Shown piece by piece: positions 50,504 to 64,000 of a DNA stretch of 64,000 bases. The DNA comes from Camelus dromedarius (lineage: Eukaryota): positions 81,222,001 through 81,286,000 of the forward strand of contig NC_087436.1 in NCBI RefSeq assembly GCF_036321535.1, read 5' to 3'. How positions within the stretch are numbered: position 1 is the first letter of the stretch; each line of letters starts with the position of its first letter. A model generated the notes under the pieces. That model saw only the letters and a list, made by a program, of their open reading frames with translations, did not search any database and was not told where the DNA came from. The position numbers and the translations under genes were made by a program.

Positions 50504-53500
50504 CAAGAAACAAGTAATCATTCTGAATATCTCATTAAAAGGCCAAAATAACTACTTAAAAATGTGTTTTTAAAAACTCTTTTATTGCATTGACGATTGT
50601 TACTGCAGATGTGCCTTCTCTTTCTTTAAGGGGAACTTCTCCAATGATATATTTTAGGCACATTTCCTTTCAGGTAGCAACCGAATAAAATGCTCCCCAT
50701 ACCTTCCCTCCCTGACTCCACACTGTCTCCATGCACCTGCTGGCTTCTTTATTCACATGAAGACGTACCTTGGATGTTTCTGCTCTTCCTCTCCTTGCTT
50801 CTGTCTCTGGCTGAGCTGAGCTCCTCACTTTATTATTATTATTATTATTATTGCTGTTGTTCTGGCCTATATTCAGTTCTAATAAAAATTGTAGGTAAGT
50901 TGCCACAACATGGGCATTATGCATGGCATTCTCACTAACAGTGTCCATAGATAAATCTAATCTGAACATCTGATAGATGTTTGATGTCTGCTTAAATCCA
51001 GAGGGAAGGGGAAACAACAATGGCAGTGAACTAAAAATGGCAGCTACTCCCATGGCTTTGGGAAATCATAATGAAACAGAATAGACTCAATAGAAATAAT
51101 TGCATAAAATATCTTTAAACATAAAAATTAGCAATTTGTAAACATGTATTACTTAACATAGTCCTTGCATCCAAGTACCTTTCTCAAAGAGGAAGGTGTC
51201 TCTATTGATTAGAATTTGGATATCAGAGGATACGACTTTCTAGTGGTTCACACCAGTTATCAGTATTATTTACTCACATTTGAATCCCTGGTAACAGTGT
51301 GTATGTTCACATAGAACTTCTTTTTCACTGCATTAAGCCTGCATTTGCCTAATTATAATTCCGACATTTTGGAGAGTAAAATATTTCCCAGAATAAAATA
51401 ATTTCACTCTGTTGACCAAGCAGATGCAAAATAAATGCTAATTTTAGCTGGAATTAACTTAGAAGGTATAAAGTACCTTTCTTAAATAAATTCAGTGGAT
51501 CTGTATCTGTCTGGAGAAAACAGAATAAAACAAAAACAAAAAAAATTGTGACCAAATAAAGTTAAGTAAACTCTGAAAAAATATTGCTTAAGAACACTAG
51601 CTCCAGGTTCACAATTACTCAAGGGACATGAGGAATCATTTTTCCTGAATCTCATTTTAAATCTTGCCTTTAAGCAGTGAGCTTGTGTAATTAAAAGCCA
51701 TGAAGAAGAGATAAGCTTTCAGCGTGGATGCTGGGCCCAGCAGCCATGCAAGGTGTGATGAACCGTGTGGCCCTGTGCACACAGCATTCCAACCGCCTGT
51801 CCTACTGCACAGGTGCCATGCCTTATCCCATGTTATTTTTCACATGACTTGTTTCTCATTCATAACTGTTGTGTATACAAGGCTTTGAATATTTAGCAGG
51901 ATTGGACCTGATGGTTATGGCTCTGACTTTGCATATTGAAAGGAAGCCCACAGAGTGTGAAATTTTTGAACAATAAACACCCCACCTGTGATGGACCAAC
52001 ATTATTGAAATACAGCTTCTATAATTCAAAATTCAAATATGAATTGGATTTCACACCGTGACACAGTTTGTGGGTAATGGCCCTCAGCTGTCTTAAAGCC
52101 ATATGTCACTTGATCAAAAGGAGATTATCCATATTACAAAGTCCCACGAATAAAGAGTAGACGTAGATGGAGAGACACATTGATTACATAATTAGACAGC
52201 ATGTATCAATTTATCCAACATGAAACTGCTGATTATTTTGGTGCCTTATTTGATTTTAGTCTCTTCTTTTTTTGGATTTGGTCACCCAAGTGTTCCAAAG
52301 TCCTTACAAATGATGACATTACAGTAGCTACCTTAATATCTCATAGAGAAACCACGGAGGGTGTTGTTTTGTTTCATTTGCCGAAGTTCCATTTTAGAGC
52401 TGCCTGTTATTAGTCTTTAAGTGGGATCTAGAATGATTGTTCAGCAGAATATTTTCACTCAGTAGAGCCTGTTTCTGTCTGTTCAGTAGAGGACACCTAT
52501 TAAAAATTTACAGTATCTTGTGATGAAAAACACCCTCATGAATCTGTGACTACAGCAGTAAGAACAGAGGAAGTGCCTATCAATTCATTTGAATGTCTAC
52601 AGATTGTCACATATTTTAGCAGGTAACCTGTGGCCAAAGACCAGATAAAACAGGAAACTTCTCCCACAACTGGTGTTTCTAGTAATTGAATGAACACAGA
52701 CAAAGTATGCTGTAGTCTCCTGCAACTCGAAAATCCTTACTCTTGAAATGGGTTGGGTTGAGTCTCTATTAGGAGAGCTTCTAGGAGAGAGGGTGGATCC
52801 TTTGCCGTCCTTCCTAACAGTGTGAAAAGATTCACTGAACTTCAGATGGGATGGAGCTGTATAACATGGCACAGTTCTTTGCATCGGCCACATTGTTACT
52901 GTTTCTCGGTCTCTTTTTATACTTATATTTTGTTTACTTATTGGGCACACTTAAGGTCATCCTGTCAGGCAAGAAAGCTTACATTCATTACTCTAATTCA
53001 AGTTTATATCTCAAGGCTAGTAATTAAGAATTGTAGGAAATGTGTGAAGAGGAAATTTCTTTTTGACTTATAAAACGTTACTACAGGGATTTTTTAATGT
53101 GAAAGGGAGCAGGGACCCTGCAATTGTCTTCTTTTTCCTAGTGAGTTCAGTCGTTCTAGCGTACATCTGTTTACTTCATATCGCTGCGTATTCTTGAGGG
53201 AGAACGTATTGCAAAACTTTCTGTTGTAATTAATTTTCTCTCAGCTTTAAGACAACTGATATTTGGTTAATGTGAATGAGAAACAGTTTAAAATATTCAA
53301 AAGCTATCATTTTAAGCTCTGTTGAAATAAGTACACGTCTTTCAACATTGGTATGAATTTGGTTAAAATATGTAGTTTTCAAAATGCATGTCTGCGTGCT
53401 TTTCAGTACAAATTTTGACATATCCAAATAATATAATTTACTTAAAATAGGGCATATGGGTAGATTTTTAAACCCTGAAATCAACTACTAATGCCTCCTA

Positions 53501-53734
53501 TTTTAAACAAATACAGTGCATTGTGAAGCCTCCTGTTTCTCCCAGATGGATAAAAGTAGAGGACGTTATTTTTAATAATCATTTCATTTCATTTCACACT
53601 TTTAAAGACTTTTTAAAGGAGGAAGTAGTCATGGAAGAATTCTCTTTTTAGATTCTTTGAACACCAATAATTTGAGGCTTGTGTGTCATTAAGATGATAA
53701 AAATAATTACACTAGGCTTTTCTTTACCCAAATA

Positions 53735-53900
53735 CAACCCTGTGTAGTGGCCGTAGTGTCATTTCCATCTCACAGCAAAGGAAACAGCTGAGCATTAGAA
53801 GGATGGAATACTTCCCCAGCTATCAAATGGCAGAGGCTGAGTCCAAACTCAGTTGGCCCTGAGACCAGAGAGGCCAGGAGCTCTTCAGTCAGTGCTTGCT
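53735..53900 (-). mobile_element. MIR-family SINE
   Basis: acaaccctgtg...atttccatctcacagcaaaggaaacagctgag...aaatggcagaggctgagtccaaactcag. Confidence 0.65.
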
Positions 53901-54214
53901 AAACCAGCCCTCCTCTGTTCAGCTTTATAGCCAAGGAGCACCCTGCTGGTGCCCAGGCCTGTTTACCACTGATGGATGAAATGTGCTCCCTGAATGTGTT
54001 TTATATTCAGGTATGCTAGGGCGAGGTCAGGGGAGGAAGTTCTCACCACTTTTTAACCAGACAAAAATGGCTTTTTGGACATTGCCATACAATATAACAT
54101 CTGCTGTTTATATACTGTCTGTGCCTAATTTCATTTGGAGAAAAAATTCTACTAAAAACAAACAAAAATGAGCAAGCAAATAAAACTATTGCTATAGTAA
54201 AATACAGTTCAAGA

Positions 54215-54458
54215 TGATAACAATAACAATATCTAATACTTGTATGGGGTTTATATAAGCCAGAAAGTATTCCAAGTAATTCTTACTGTTACCCAAGAAG
54301 GTAAGGTCTGTTATTCTCATTTCATAGATGAGAAAACTGAAGAGGTTAAATAATGACTTATCCAAGGCCTTGACTAGTGAAGAGTGCGTTTGGGATCAGA
54401 ACCCAGGCAGTCTGGCTTCCAAATCTGGGCTTTCAAATACTATGCTATGCAGCCTCTG
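54215..54458 (-). mobile_element. MIR-family SINE
   Basis: ttattctcatttcatagatgagaaaactga...gggatcagaacccaggcagtctggcttcca. Confidence 0.9.
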
Positions 54459-54897
54459 AATTGTAAATAATAATAATATTAATAAAAATTATAACTAATA
54501 TATTTCTCACTATGTACCAGACACTATTCTTTCTGAGCATTTACACTCAAGCCTGCTTATATGGTCCTTTCTCCATAGGTACAAGAGACCAAAAAGATGT
54601 GGAATATGCCTCTGAACTATTTACTGTTTTAGGTAGGGTACAAAATGTGTTGCCTGTTGAATGTGTATCCCACAGGTACCGTACTTGAGTGATATAGAGG
54701 AGATGCATGGGTGCCCCTCAGGAGGAAAGTCGGGTTCTCTTTTGACATAAATGCATGATTAACATCATTCAGGTATTTGGTGATGTGTTCTACTCCTGAC
54801 CCTGACCCCTCAGTTGAGTACTGTGGGAAGTAGAAGGGAATTTAAGGCCTAAGTTCACTCTGTGGGCACATCCAGCTCTCCCCTTCATTTCTGAGTT

Positions 54898-55070
54898 CAG
54901 AGCATGGACTCTGGAGTCAGGACATCTCAATTCAAACCCTGACTCTGGTTACCCGGGTGATGCTGGGCGCATTACTAAATCTGTTTTTCATAGTGGCCGC
55001 ATCCACAGATTGGAAGGGTTAACATTAGACACATCAGAGGGTTGTGGTGGGGGCTAACCAACGTAAAACC
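54898..55070 (+). mobile_element. MIR-family SINE
   Basis: agagcatggactctggagtcagg...ttcaaaccctgactct...agggttgtgg. Confidence 0.75.
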
Positions 55071-58000
55071 TTTGTACTGTTGTTACTACAAGACAATAAA
55101 TAAAGTCCTCCAGATCTGTGAAATGTACAAAACATAATGAAACTGCCACTTTACCTCAATTGGGTCCCATAAAATGAGGAGCAGTAAAGAAAAACAAGTC
55201 AGTTATTCTGTGGTCGTGAATGCAACCCATGAGGAGAGCTGGCAAGGCACATTGTATACACATCAGCTGTGGCAAAAATAAGTCAACATTGTTTGTAGAA
55301 GGCTTGTGATGTCTGGATTACCAGCTGTCTGGAAAAAGGAGAACATAGCTTCCTTTTTTGCTTAATGTGGTCTGCCAGCCAGCTGGCATTCGGGAAAGAG
55401 GAAGGGAGCTTATGTTGATCGAGCGTCTAACTGTGCCAAGTGATTGTGTAACTGGTCTCATACGGTCCTCCCCGCTTGTTGGTAGGGTGCTATCAGTAGC
55501 CCTGATGTACGCATGGAAGACTGAGACTGAGAGAGATCGAATAACCCAACCCAAACCCCACATACAGTAAATGGGATTTTGACTCCAAACTCAGTCAGGC
55601 CACACCATTGACTACTCTTGGTAATGCTAAATATACTTACCATTGGCCAGTTGGAGTTAGCAGTAAACATTTAAAAACTCACATTAAGAAATACCGCATT
55701 TCCTGTGAAGATATTTAAAAATTGTATAATCAACAAATATTTATTTATAAATGGCCTCTAGTCTTTCCCCATCCATAATTTACTCAAAAGTTTTTGTGTC
55801 TTTCATTTCCATTTTTGTTCTCGCCCTTTACAACTTTTCATATTTCTTACTAAGGTAAAAAATGGAAAGTTTTGGAAGGAATGAATATTAGATACCTAAG
55901 TAAGAAATTTTAAAAGTATAAAAAATTAAAATGGATAGGGTTAAAAGTATCCTTTTCTTGTAATTATCCCTAAGAAATGAACTCATGGGCAAAGTGATAA
56001 ATTAGTCATTATTGAGTCAAATATGCAAGTTACTATTAGACTTTTTATGACTGCTTTTAAGTTTTTAAAAGATTAGATTGATGGTACAATAAGACTTTCT
56101 ATTTAGGTTAATACTGCCATTAAAATGCTAGATTAGTCCGATAGCTCTTTTATTTTCTCTACATGTCTAATAACATAAAAATAGATGAATGGAATTAAAA
56201 CTGCACCATGTGTCAGGAAACCTGCAGTCTAGTTCTATGTTCTGCTATTATCTGTGATTTACAGGTAAGGAGAAGTCAAATAGCTAGTAAGTGGCAGAGC
56301 TAATATCCAAATCAAGATGCAAATAACAGAAGGGTCAGAGAGACATTATGATAAGAAAAATTTGACGGTAGATTCATGAATTTGGATTTTAAGTCTTTCG
56401 GCTCATCCATTGTAGATCAGAAGACAGATGGTGGTTTTTAGTCATTCTCTGAATAATGTTGACTTTCCTTAGCTAATGAGATAATAAAGTTTAAACCAAA
56501 GGATACCAGTACTGCTTGACCACTAATTCTAACTGATGGGATAAATCTGAACTTAGAGATTGGTGCATAATAAAAATAAGGAAAGAAACAAAGATTCTTT
56601 ATACATAACTTTGTATTTTAAAACAATTTCTCACCAATATAGATTCATTTAAATTCATGGAGAGACATGTTGTGGAAATTTGTTTATTCAAAGCTAAATT
56701 TTTCTCACAAATCAACATTTTTTCATGTGACTTTTGTCAATACCTGGAGGAAGTTTTCTTTAATATACTTTGTTCTGTAGAATTAATAGTGCAATATTGA
56801 ATATGACATGGAATATATTACATTATTATTAGATTGGAAAAATATGCAACTGTAATTAGAGTAAAATTCAATTGTTTTCAGGATAAAAATTATTCTATAT
56901 TGTTTTGTGTTCCTACAATGGAGATAAAATGTGAGTGTGTGTACATGCACATGGGTGTGCAAACGTGCAAGTGTGTGTGTTGTGACTGAGCAAGGTGGAG
57001 CGGGGGATGTGTGTACTGACACTGATCTTTAAAAAAGAGCAAAATATTCTATTTTATTATTTTATTTCTTTCTTTTATTATTTTATTTATTTATTAGATT
57101 ACATATATGTTGAACTTAGCACATTAGGATTAAGAAAACTAAGACCAATAGAGATCAAGCAGCTCACTAAAGTCCCGTAGCCAGGAAGTGGCAGAGCCCA
57201 TGCCAGCACAGGTCAGTCTTCCTCTCATTTTGCTTTCATTAGACACGCTTAAGACATAGCAGTGTTTCTCAGCAGCATCCACATCATTCAGGGAGAGGTA
57301 GCAACGCAACCTTCTAAGTTAAACAAATAATAAGTGCGAAACTGTGGGCTGGAACCTCCCACTTGTGTTACTAGAGTTAAGAAAAACTAAGGAAAAGAAG
57401 AACAGCTCCCACTGGCGGGTATGGGGGGCTACACTAGGACTCATTTTTTTCTAAAGAGCAAAAATCTCAAACTCACTAGAAAGGCTGATTTAGCTAAGAA
57501 GGTATCAAGGTTTATTGGTGATTATATCTTTTAAAGTAAAAACATGATCTTTTTATATTTCTGGTTATTTTTTTCTTATTTATGGAATGTTATCGACATT
57601 GCTAGAAGGCAAAAATGAATAAATAAATAAATAAATAGATAAATAAATCAATAAATTTTAAAAAGCTGCCTTCTTAAGACACCGTGTCTCTGCCCTCTGC
57701 TCTGCTTTCAGTGAGGTAGGAGGATGGGGAACTCAGCATTTCACAATCACATCAGGATTTCTGATTAATGATGTTTTTTGAGAGATACTGCTTTGATCTC
57801 TTACCTTCTGCTAGTGCTGTAAAATGAGTCACACAGTACCACATAAATCTCTTACTATGCATCATTAGGGTTAGGGAAGTGCTTTTTTGAAGTCAATACT
57901 TTACATTTCCTATTGGAATAGCTATAAAACCATCAATTCATTCCCACTGAATGGTAATGGGGTCATTCTCACACATCACAGTGAGGTTATTAACCAACTT

Positions 58001-58602
58001 TCACTCTACCTTGTAATCTTGGATAAAGATAATTTGTCAGAATTTCAATACTTTTTTCATCACCAAGCCATGGGTCTCTGAAAAAAAAAATGATTTCTGG
58101 CCTTTTAATTAGGAAAAGCAATAAGGAAACGGATTTGCACAGTTTGATATCTGAAATAAAGTTAAATAGAAAGTTACCCTTCAGTCAAAGGGCCACCTTT
58201 AGAACTATTTTTGTTTCAAGATAAGATATCAGAGCAAGATTTATGATAATTTTACCACCACTTTATTGCTCAACTCTTACAAAGGCTAGAATATAATTCA
58301 GCCAAAGTAAATCTAAATTAATATGTTCTTTTGAAAGATGTTAGATGCCAGCTGGTTCTGGAAACAAAAGGGGAATTTTGAGAGCATATCCATTTATGAA
58401 CTATGTTGGAAATTTCTAGATATCAAATTTTTACTAAAACTTTCTGGAGTACATGCAAAAATTTCTACCAGTACATTTTTGTAACAATATAGTACTTCAG
58501 TATCTAGATTTTATTCTTTGCTTGATCTGAAGTCAATTTCTAATGAGAAGGAGTAAATATCACCTGATTATTTTGAATCCCCAGAAAATTTGCCTGATTT
58601 AT

Positions 58603-59050
58603 TTCATTCATTTAACTAATATTAATTTGTATCATGTGATAAGTATTATTCTGAGCACTGGGAGTATAGCAGTGAATCAAACTAACTCCTTGCCTTCAAT
58701 AATCTTACATGCTAAACACCAGAAGGTATATAACAGTGTATTATATGTCTAAATAATGCCTAATAAAATACATGTAAAGCATACAAGGCAGTAAGGTTCA
58801 TAGAGAAAGATATAGCAGAGTGAGAGAGAGAGAGAGCGTGCGCAAAGATTGGATGAGGTAGGGTACTAATTTACATAGGATCATTAAGACACACCTCTCT
58901 GAAGTGAATTGTGATCCAAAGCCTAAGGGAGATTGCTGTGTAATGAGCTGTCCAGATGGATAGGTTCAGATGTGGGAGTGCACCTGGCTTGTTAGAGGAG
59001 CTACAAGGGAACCAGTTTAAGGGGCAGACGAGGTTAAAGATTAGGGCACA
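58603..59050 (-). mobile_element. L2 3' fragment
   Basis: ttcattcatttaactaatatt...ctgagcactgggagtatagcagtgaatcaaac...cctctctgaagtga. Confidence 0.75.
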
Positions 59051-60611
59051 CATATAGTCCTCATTGGCCAAATAAGTGATGATCTGTTTATTCACAGTGT
59101 GAGAGCTCAAGATTCAGGATCTGGTGGTATTTGGTGGGTAACATTGCCAAGGACATAATCACCCATTCCTCGAGTTGCAGGTTTCATAGTTTAATGTATC
59201 CCAATGCTGCAGAAGAATTATGTTGTGCCCTGTAACTTTTCTCCCAGCTCAGCGCATTGTCTGAGCTGTGAGGCTCACTTGCTCTGTACCGCAGATCAAA
59301 AACATGCAGGCTGACTGACAAGATGTCTCCCACTTGTAAATTTGTTCATGTGACATAGGAAATATCCAAAGTGTATATTTACATATGGGAAGACAATGAC
59401 ATGAAATTATGTCTGCCACAGAAATCTTATCCACATGAATTGAAATCTCAGGGGCAGTATATAACGGTCAGCATTTTAAATATACTTGACAAATAGCATT
59501 TTGAATTTACAGACATGGAAAACTAGAAAATTAACTTTCTATAGAATGAAGACTGATAAAGACTCTTTAGGTTCAAGAGCCTTTTAGGATAGTGGTGTTG
59601 ATGTGTTGTTAGCTAGTGTAAATTCAAATACAAAAAAGATAATGAGGAAAGTTCTAAGAGTAACACACTTGTCAGCCGTATTTTGGGAAAATTGTTATTT
59701 CTTCCCTTTTCCCAAGTTTCCGTTTTCCTTCCTTTCCCACTTTATTTAAAATGGAAGGTGTTATAAAACATTACCCCTAAGTCTTTAAGACTCCTTCTGG
59801 AAAGTTCCAAAACTCCATAAATTTATCTTTTTCTTACATCTTTTATTTCTCTTTTTTCCTTTAGCCTGGAAAGCCCAGAAGCCTCATAATTTAGTGACCA
59901 TGTTTCTTCCACCAGGTCCAAAGTGGAACCCGTGTTTATGCTGAGCCAGTGGATGAGCTCAGCCATCTCATATGCACTTGGCTTCTGGAGTTCTGCCACT
60001 TGAAATGATATTTTCAGGGATGACTTCACAATATACGAAATAGATACTCAACCATGTCTGTCATTAGGTCCAGCACCTAACAGGCAGCATTTCTAGGAGA
60101 AAAACAACACCACTTAGTAACTTTAAAGTTCTGAGGTTACCCTAAGAACAAGGGACTATTTACTGGATCTTATGGTTTTCGAGGTCCCAGCTTTATGTTA
60201 ACTTTGTTTTGTTCTTGTAGCAATAGTACCAGGTGACCAGGTGTCATCTACTTTGTGTAAAGCCTCCCACCGTCACTCCTGAGGGCTGCAGCTACTGTCT
60301 AATGTTGGTAGGGCTCCTTCCATTTGATAAACAATTTTCTATGCATTATCTCATGTGATATGCACAGTAACCCTGTGAGTTTGTTCTTATTAAATTATTT
60401 TTGGCTTTTATTAGATTGCTAGCCCAATATGGTCAGACATGATTTGTGTGTATGTGAGTGTACGTGGGTGTACATTAGAAAGTGAGAGGCCCTGAGACAA
60501 AGACGAACTAAGTTCTTCAGACTCTAAATCTACCCTTTTCTTCTCTAACACACAGACAATCTAATTCTAAAATGTTGTAACCAAACATGACTTGGGTACA
60601 AAGGAAAAATA

Positions 60612-60707
60612 CTCTCTTTAAAATTAAGCCTAGATGTACTGATCCTGTGTTGGAGTGACAGTGATCGAATATGAGAGCAGCATGTCTAGGCTTAATTTCA
60701 CAGAGAG
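60612..60707 (+). repeat. Long imperfect inverted repeat (hairpin)
   Basis: Perfect 14-bp arms at 60621-60634 and 60685-60698, with ungapped pairing extending inward and outward. Confidence 0.9.
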
Positions 60708-60869
60708 CCGAATAGTCTCAATGAAGAATCTGAGACTTCCATGATGTTTGCCTTCTGTGTAGAAAAGCAGGGTGCTAAGAAGGTGGTCCTAATCCCCTTA
60801 CCTTGGCTTTGGAGTTGGCCTCTAGAAGTGTGTGCTGTCTACTATATAAAATCAGTTTTTAATACCATT

Positions 60870-61435
60870 GATCAAGTTTTTGGCTCTTACAAATAAAGCA
60901 ACTATGAACATTCATGCACAGTTCTTTTTGTGGACGTGTTTTAAATTTCTCCCGAGTGAAACCAGCTGTGGAATGGCTGAGTAATTTGCTAAGTGTATTT
61001 TTAACTGTGTGAGAAACTGACCAACTGTTTTCAAAATGATTGTACCATTTTATATTCTCAACAGAATGTATGAGAATTCCTGTTGCTTCACATCTTTGTC
61101 ACCATTTAGTAATGTCAGTTTTTTTTTTTTTAATGTTTTGGTTATTCTAGTTGGTGCTTAGTGGAATTTCATTGTGGTTTTAATTTGATTTTTTCTGATG
61201 ACTAATGACATTGAGTATCTATGTACCTTTTGGCCTTTCATATATCTTACTTTGTTTACTATTTACACATTTTGCTAATTTTTAAAGGGCTTATTATCTT
61301 CCTATTAATGTGTTTTAAGAATTCTTTACATATTATGGATAGAGGTCTTTTGTCAGATAGATATATATTTCTTGACTATTTTGTCTCAGTATGGAGCTTG
61401 CCTTTTTGTTTCCTTAGCCATGTCTTTCTAAGAAC
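60870..61435 (-). mobile_element. L1M ORF2 3'-region fragment
   Basis: acaaataaagcaactatgaacattcatg...gagaaactgaccaactgttttcaaaatgattgtaccattttatattc...cattgtggttttaatttg...ctgatgactaatga. Confidence 0.92.
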
Positions 61436-62790
61436 AAACTATTTGCAAGAACTACCTTGATATTCCAACACTGTGAGGAAAGCAGAACAAGGATGATTTT
61501 ATAAGCATTTATTTTCATTTCACAAATTACAAGAAAAAATTTCATCATGAATACAGAAGTAAATGCATAATGTAACACGTCAGTTATGTGGTAGGCTGAG
61601 TGCCATGCCTCTGGATCCCTGCTTTTCACTTTTATCTAATTGCCTTTCTAGTCCCCTGAAGCTCTGAAGCCTGATCCTTAACCTCCCATTGATTCTGAGC
61701 ACATAACATTCTAATAATTCTCCATTTGCTTAAATTCATTTTTAACATCTCTTTTGCTTGCAATTAAGAACTTTAAGTGGAACAGCGATCACTTTTAACT
61801 GTTTCTTCAGCATCTACAGCAAAATAAGTTCTTCCTTAACCACAAGGGTGAGAAATATAGAATAACCAGAAAAACACATAGACACATATCATTCCTCAAT
61901 TAGTCACTTATTCAAGAAATGTGATTAAGTGCCTGCTGTACAAAGCACTGCACTAAGCTTTGGGAGGTGAGGGAGACAACTCTAACATTTATGGAACAAG
62001 AGCAAGGCAACGGGGGTACGTCAGTTGGTCTCAGACCCCTGAGCTCACATTAGATAGCCAACGCATGTGTATGGTGTTTTACTCGATTGATATTCCTTCA
62101 CTATCCATTTAAGCCATTTTATTATAAATAATAATGTTTTCTACCACTTCATTTTGAAATTCCTCACTTTTTCGATAACAAGATACCAGTAAGTGGTGTC
62201 TGGTGGTAACAGCAGTAACATTTGCCTGAAAATGAATAAATGCTTTTTGCAACTAAGCTGTGTTCATGCAGAGAGCATTCAGTAAATCAACATAGAGTGA
62301 TTCATGTGAACATTAAAATAAAACAGTATCTGGTCTGCTATGGCTCCCCAAATTGGCTTTGCCTCTGCAGTCAGGGTGATTCCAAGAATCATCGTCATGG
62401 AAAAGAAGGACTTAACCAGGAAACAGGAAAGGATGGCTTCCAGGCAGAAGGGAGACCTGTGTAGAAGCAGCAGTTGGCATGATGCCTTGAGGCCCTGAAA
62501 GGACCTGGGAGAGTTTCCTTTACCCAGAGAAAGTGAAAAGAGTGTACTGCAGATAAAAATAAATGAATCTAGAGAGATGTGTAGATGCCAGATATTGAAA
62601 AACTTTTCATACCAGGTGCCTATGCACAGTCCATACAATCCACAGCCTCTGCTGCCACTTGCTCTGAGGTCTTCAGGAAAGTTCTTTCCTTCTACACCTT
62701 GCCACAGGCCTTTACGGTCATGAAAACGTAGTTTGACCTCCTGCCATTGGGGGAAAAAGTGAGGGGTGGAGACCTGACACCTACTTCATT

Positions 62791-62843
62791 ACACACACAC
62801 ACATGCACGCACACGCACACTTGCACGCGCACACACACACACA
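62791..62843. repeat. Imperfect (CA)/(CG) microsatellite
   Basis: Read directly from the sequence. Confidence 0.9.
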
Positions 62844-64000
62844 ATGCCCTTGTGCTTTATGTCCTAATTGAGAACAGCTTGGTCTTTGTGCACTACGAAT
62901 CAGTTCCACGACCATGTCCTACTAAGGACTGGACCTTCCTTCAGACATCCCTTGAGAGTTATTTCATCTGAACCTTAAAAGAGATTTACTTAAAGAATGT
63001 TCATTTAGGGAGCAAAAACAGAGAAAGGTGACAGAGCGATAAATCATCTTGGCAGATAAAAATGAAAGCCCTTGATAAGGGCCAGCATATTTTAGAATAA
63101 GAGTTAGTTGTTTAAATTCATGATGAACTTTGCAGCCTAACTGCTGACATATTCCCTCTTTATAACCAAGAAGTCTGGTCCCATGTGGTTTTCTTCCTCT
63201 TCAGATATTTAACGTGAGATTCAGGTCTTGGCGTCTCCACAGACTCATGCTAATCGCTAGGGTTGTGGTGGCAGGTGAAGTTTCAGGGCCGGCACTACAC
63301 ACGTCTGAACCTTCCAGGATGTGGGTTCATGTATACTGATGTGTGGACTATTTATACTGACAGGAGTCTCCCAGCTGACAGTACCCTGGAGTTCTAGCTT
63401 TCCATTTCATTTGAGAGCCTGAGGCTGACTAATGAGGCCATTTTTGCAACAGGCTGTTAGAGGTAGAAACGGACGATGACCTTCCTTTTGAACTCCTCTA
63501 GTCATCTTTTAGTCTCCTTACCACTGCATCAAGGTGGCAAACCCAGGTTTCAGAGCTTCCAGCTTTAAAAAAATTCAAGCATTCTCCCTGGAGGAGAGCA
63601 TCATTCTTCCTGATATGAAAGGGGCAAATCTTTCTGATAAGCACAGTGCCCTTAAGCAGCCTTTAATATTTGACAATGATATCATAGAGATATTGACCTG
63701 AGAGTGAACAATAAATTATAAAAATACCCAGAAGCTCATGTCAGATGAATCAGAACAATTGATTTTCTTTTTAAACATGAGCTTGCCATGGGAAGTATTT
63801 TAATATGGCAGAAACAGGGCCAAGAAGCTGAGCTTTAGGATGAATGAGGCGTGGAAGATGAATTACAGGACAGGGTGCTATTTATGGAGAATTTAAAAAG
63901 CAAGTGTGTAGAGAGGTGGGGGAAGCAGGGTGACTAGTTGAAATATGGCGCCCCGTGAGGGCACATTGATATATGGTCCAGAGAAAACACGGAAGATGCC

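Overview
This window is AT-rich, CpG-depleted mammalian non-coding DNA, not prokaryotic. Two tRNA-derived SINEs (Vic-1-like) and a young L1 3' end point to a camelid. I found no credible protein-coding exon; the ORF track is explained by chance and by decayed repeats. Most of the window is interspersed repeats: L1, L2, MIR, MaLR/ERVL/Gypsy-like LTRs, MER5-type hAT elements and microsatellites. Two + strand promoter/non-coding first-exon candidates lie about 34 kb apart (about 4.9-5.1 kb and 38.9-39.4 kb), each ending in an AAG|GT donor. From memory they resemble alternative 5'UTR exons of DTNA (alpha-dystrobrevin); this is unverified. The most notable structures are a ~96-nt long-stem hairpin at 60.6 kb, an old-looking L1 3' end with a perfect 17-bp target-site duplication (TSD) at 35.6-36.1 kb, and a three-layer nested insertion at 48.5-49.2 kb. 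I see no convincing evidence of a new multi-gene system. Repeat family names come from recalled consensus sequences and boundaries are approximate.
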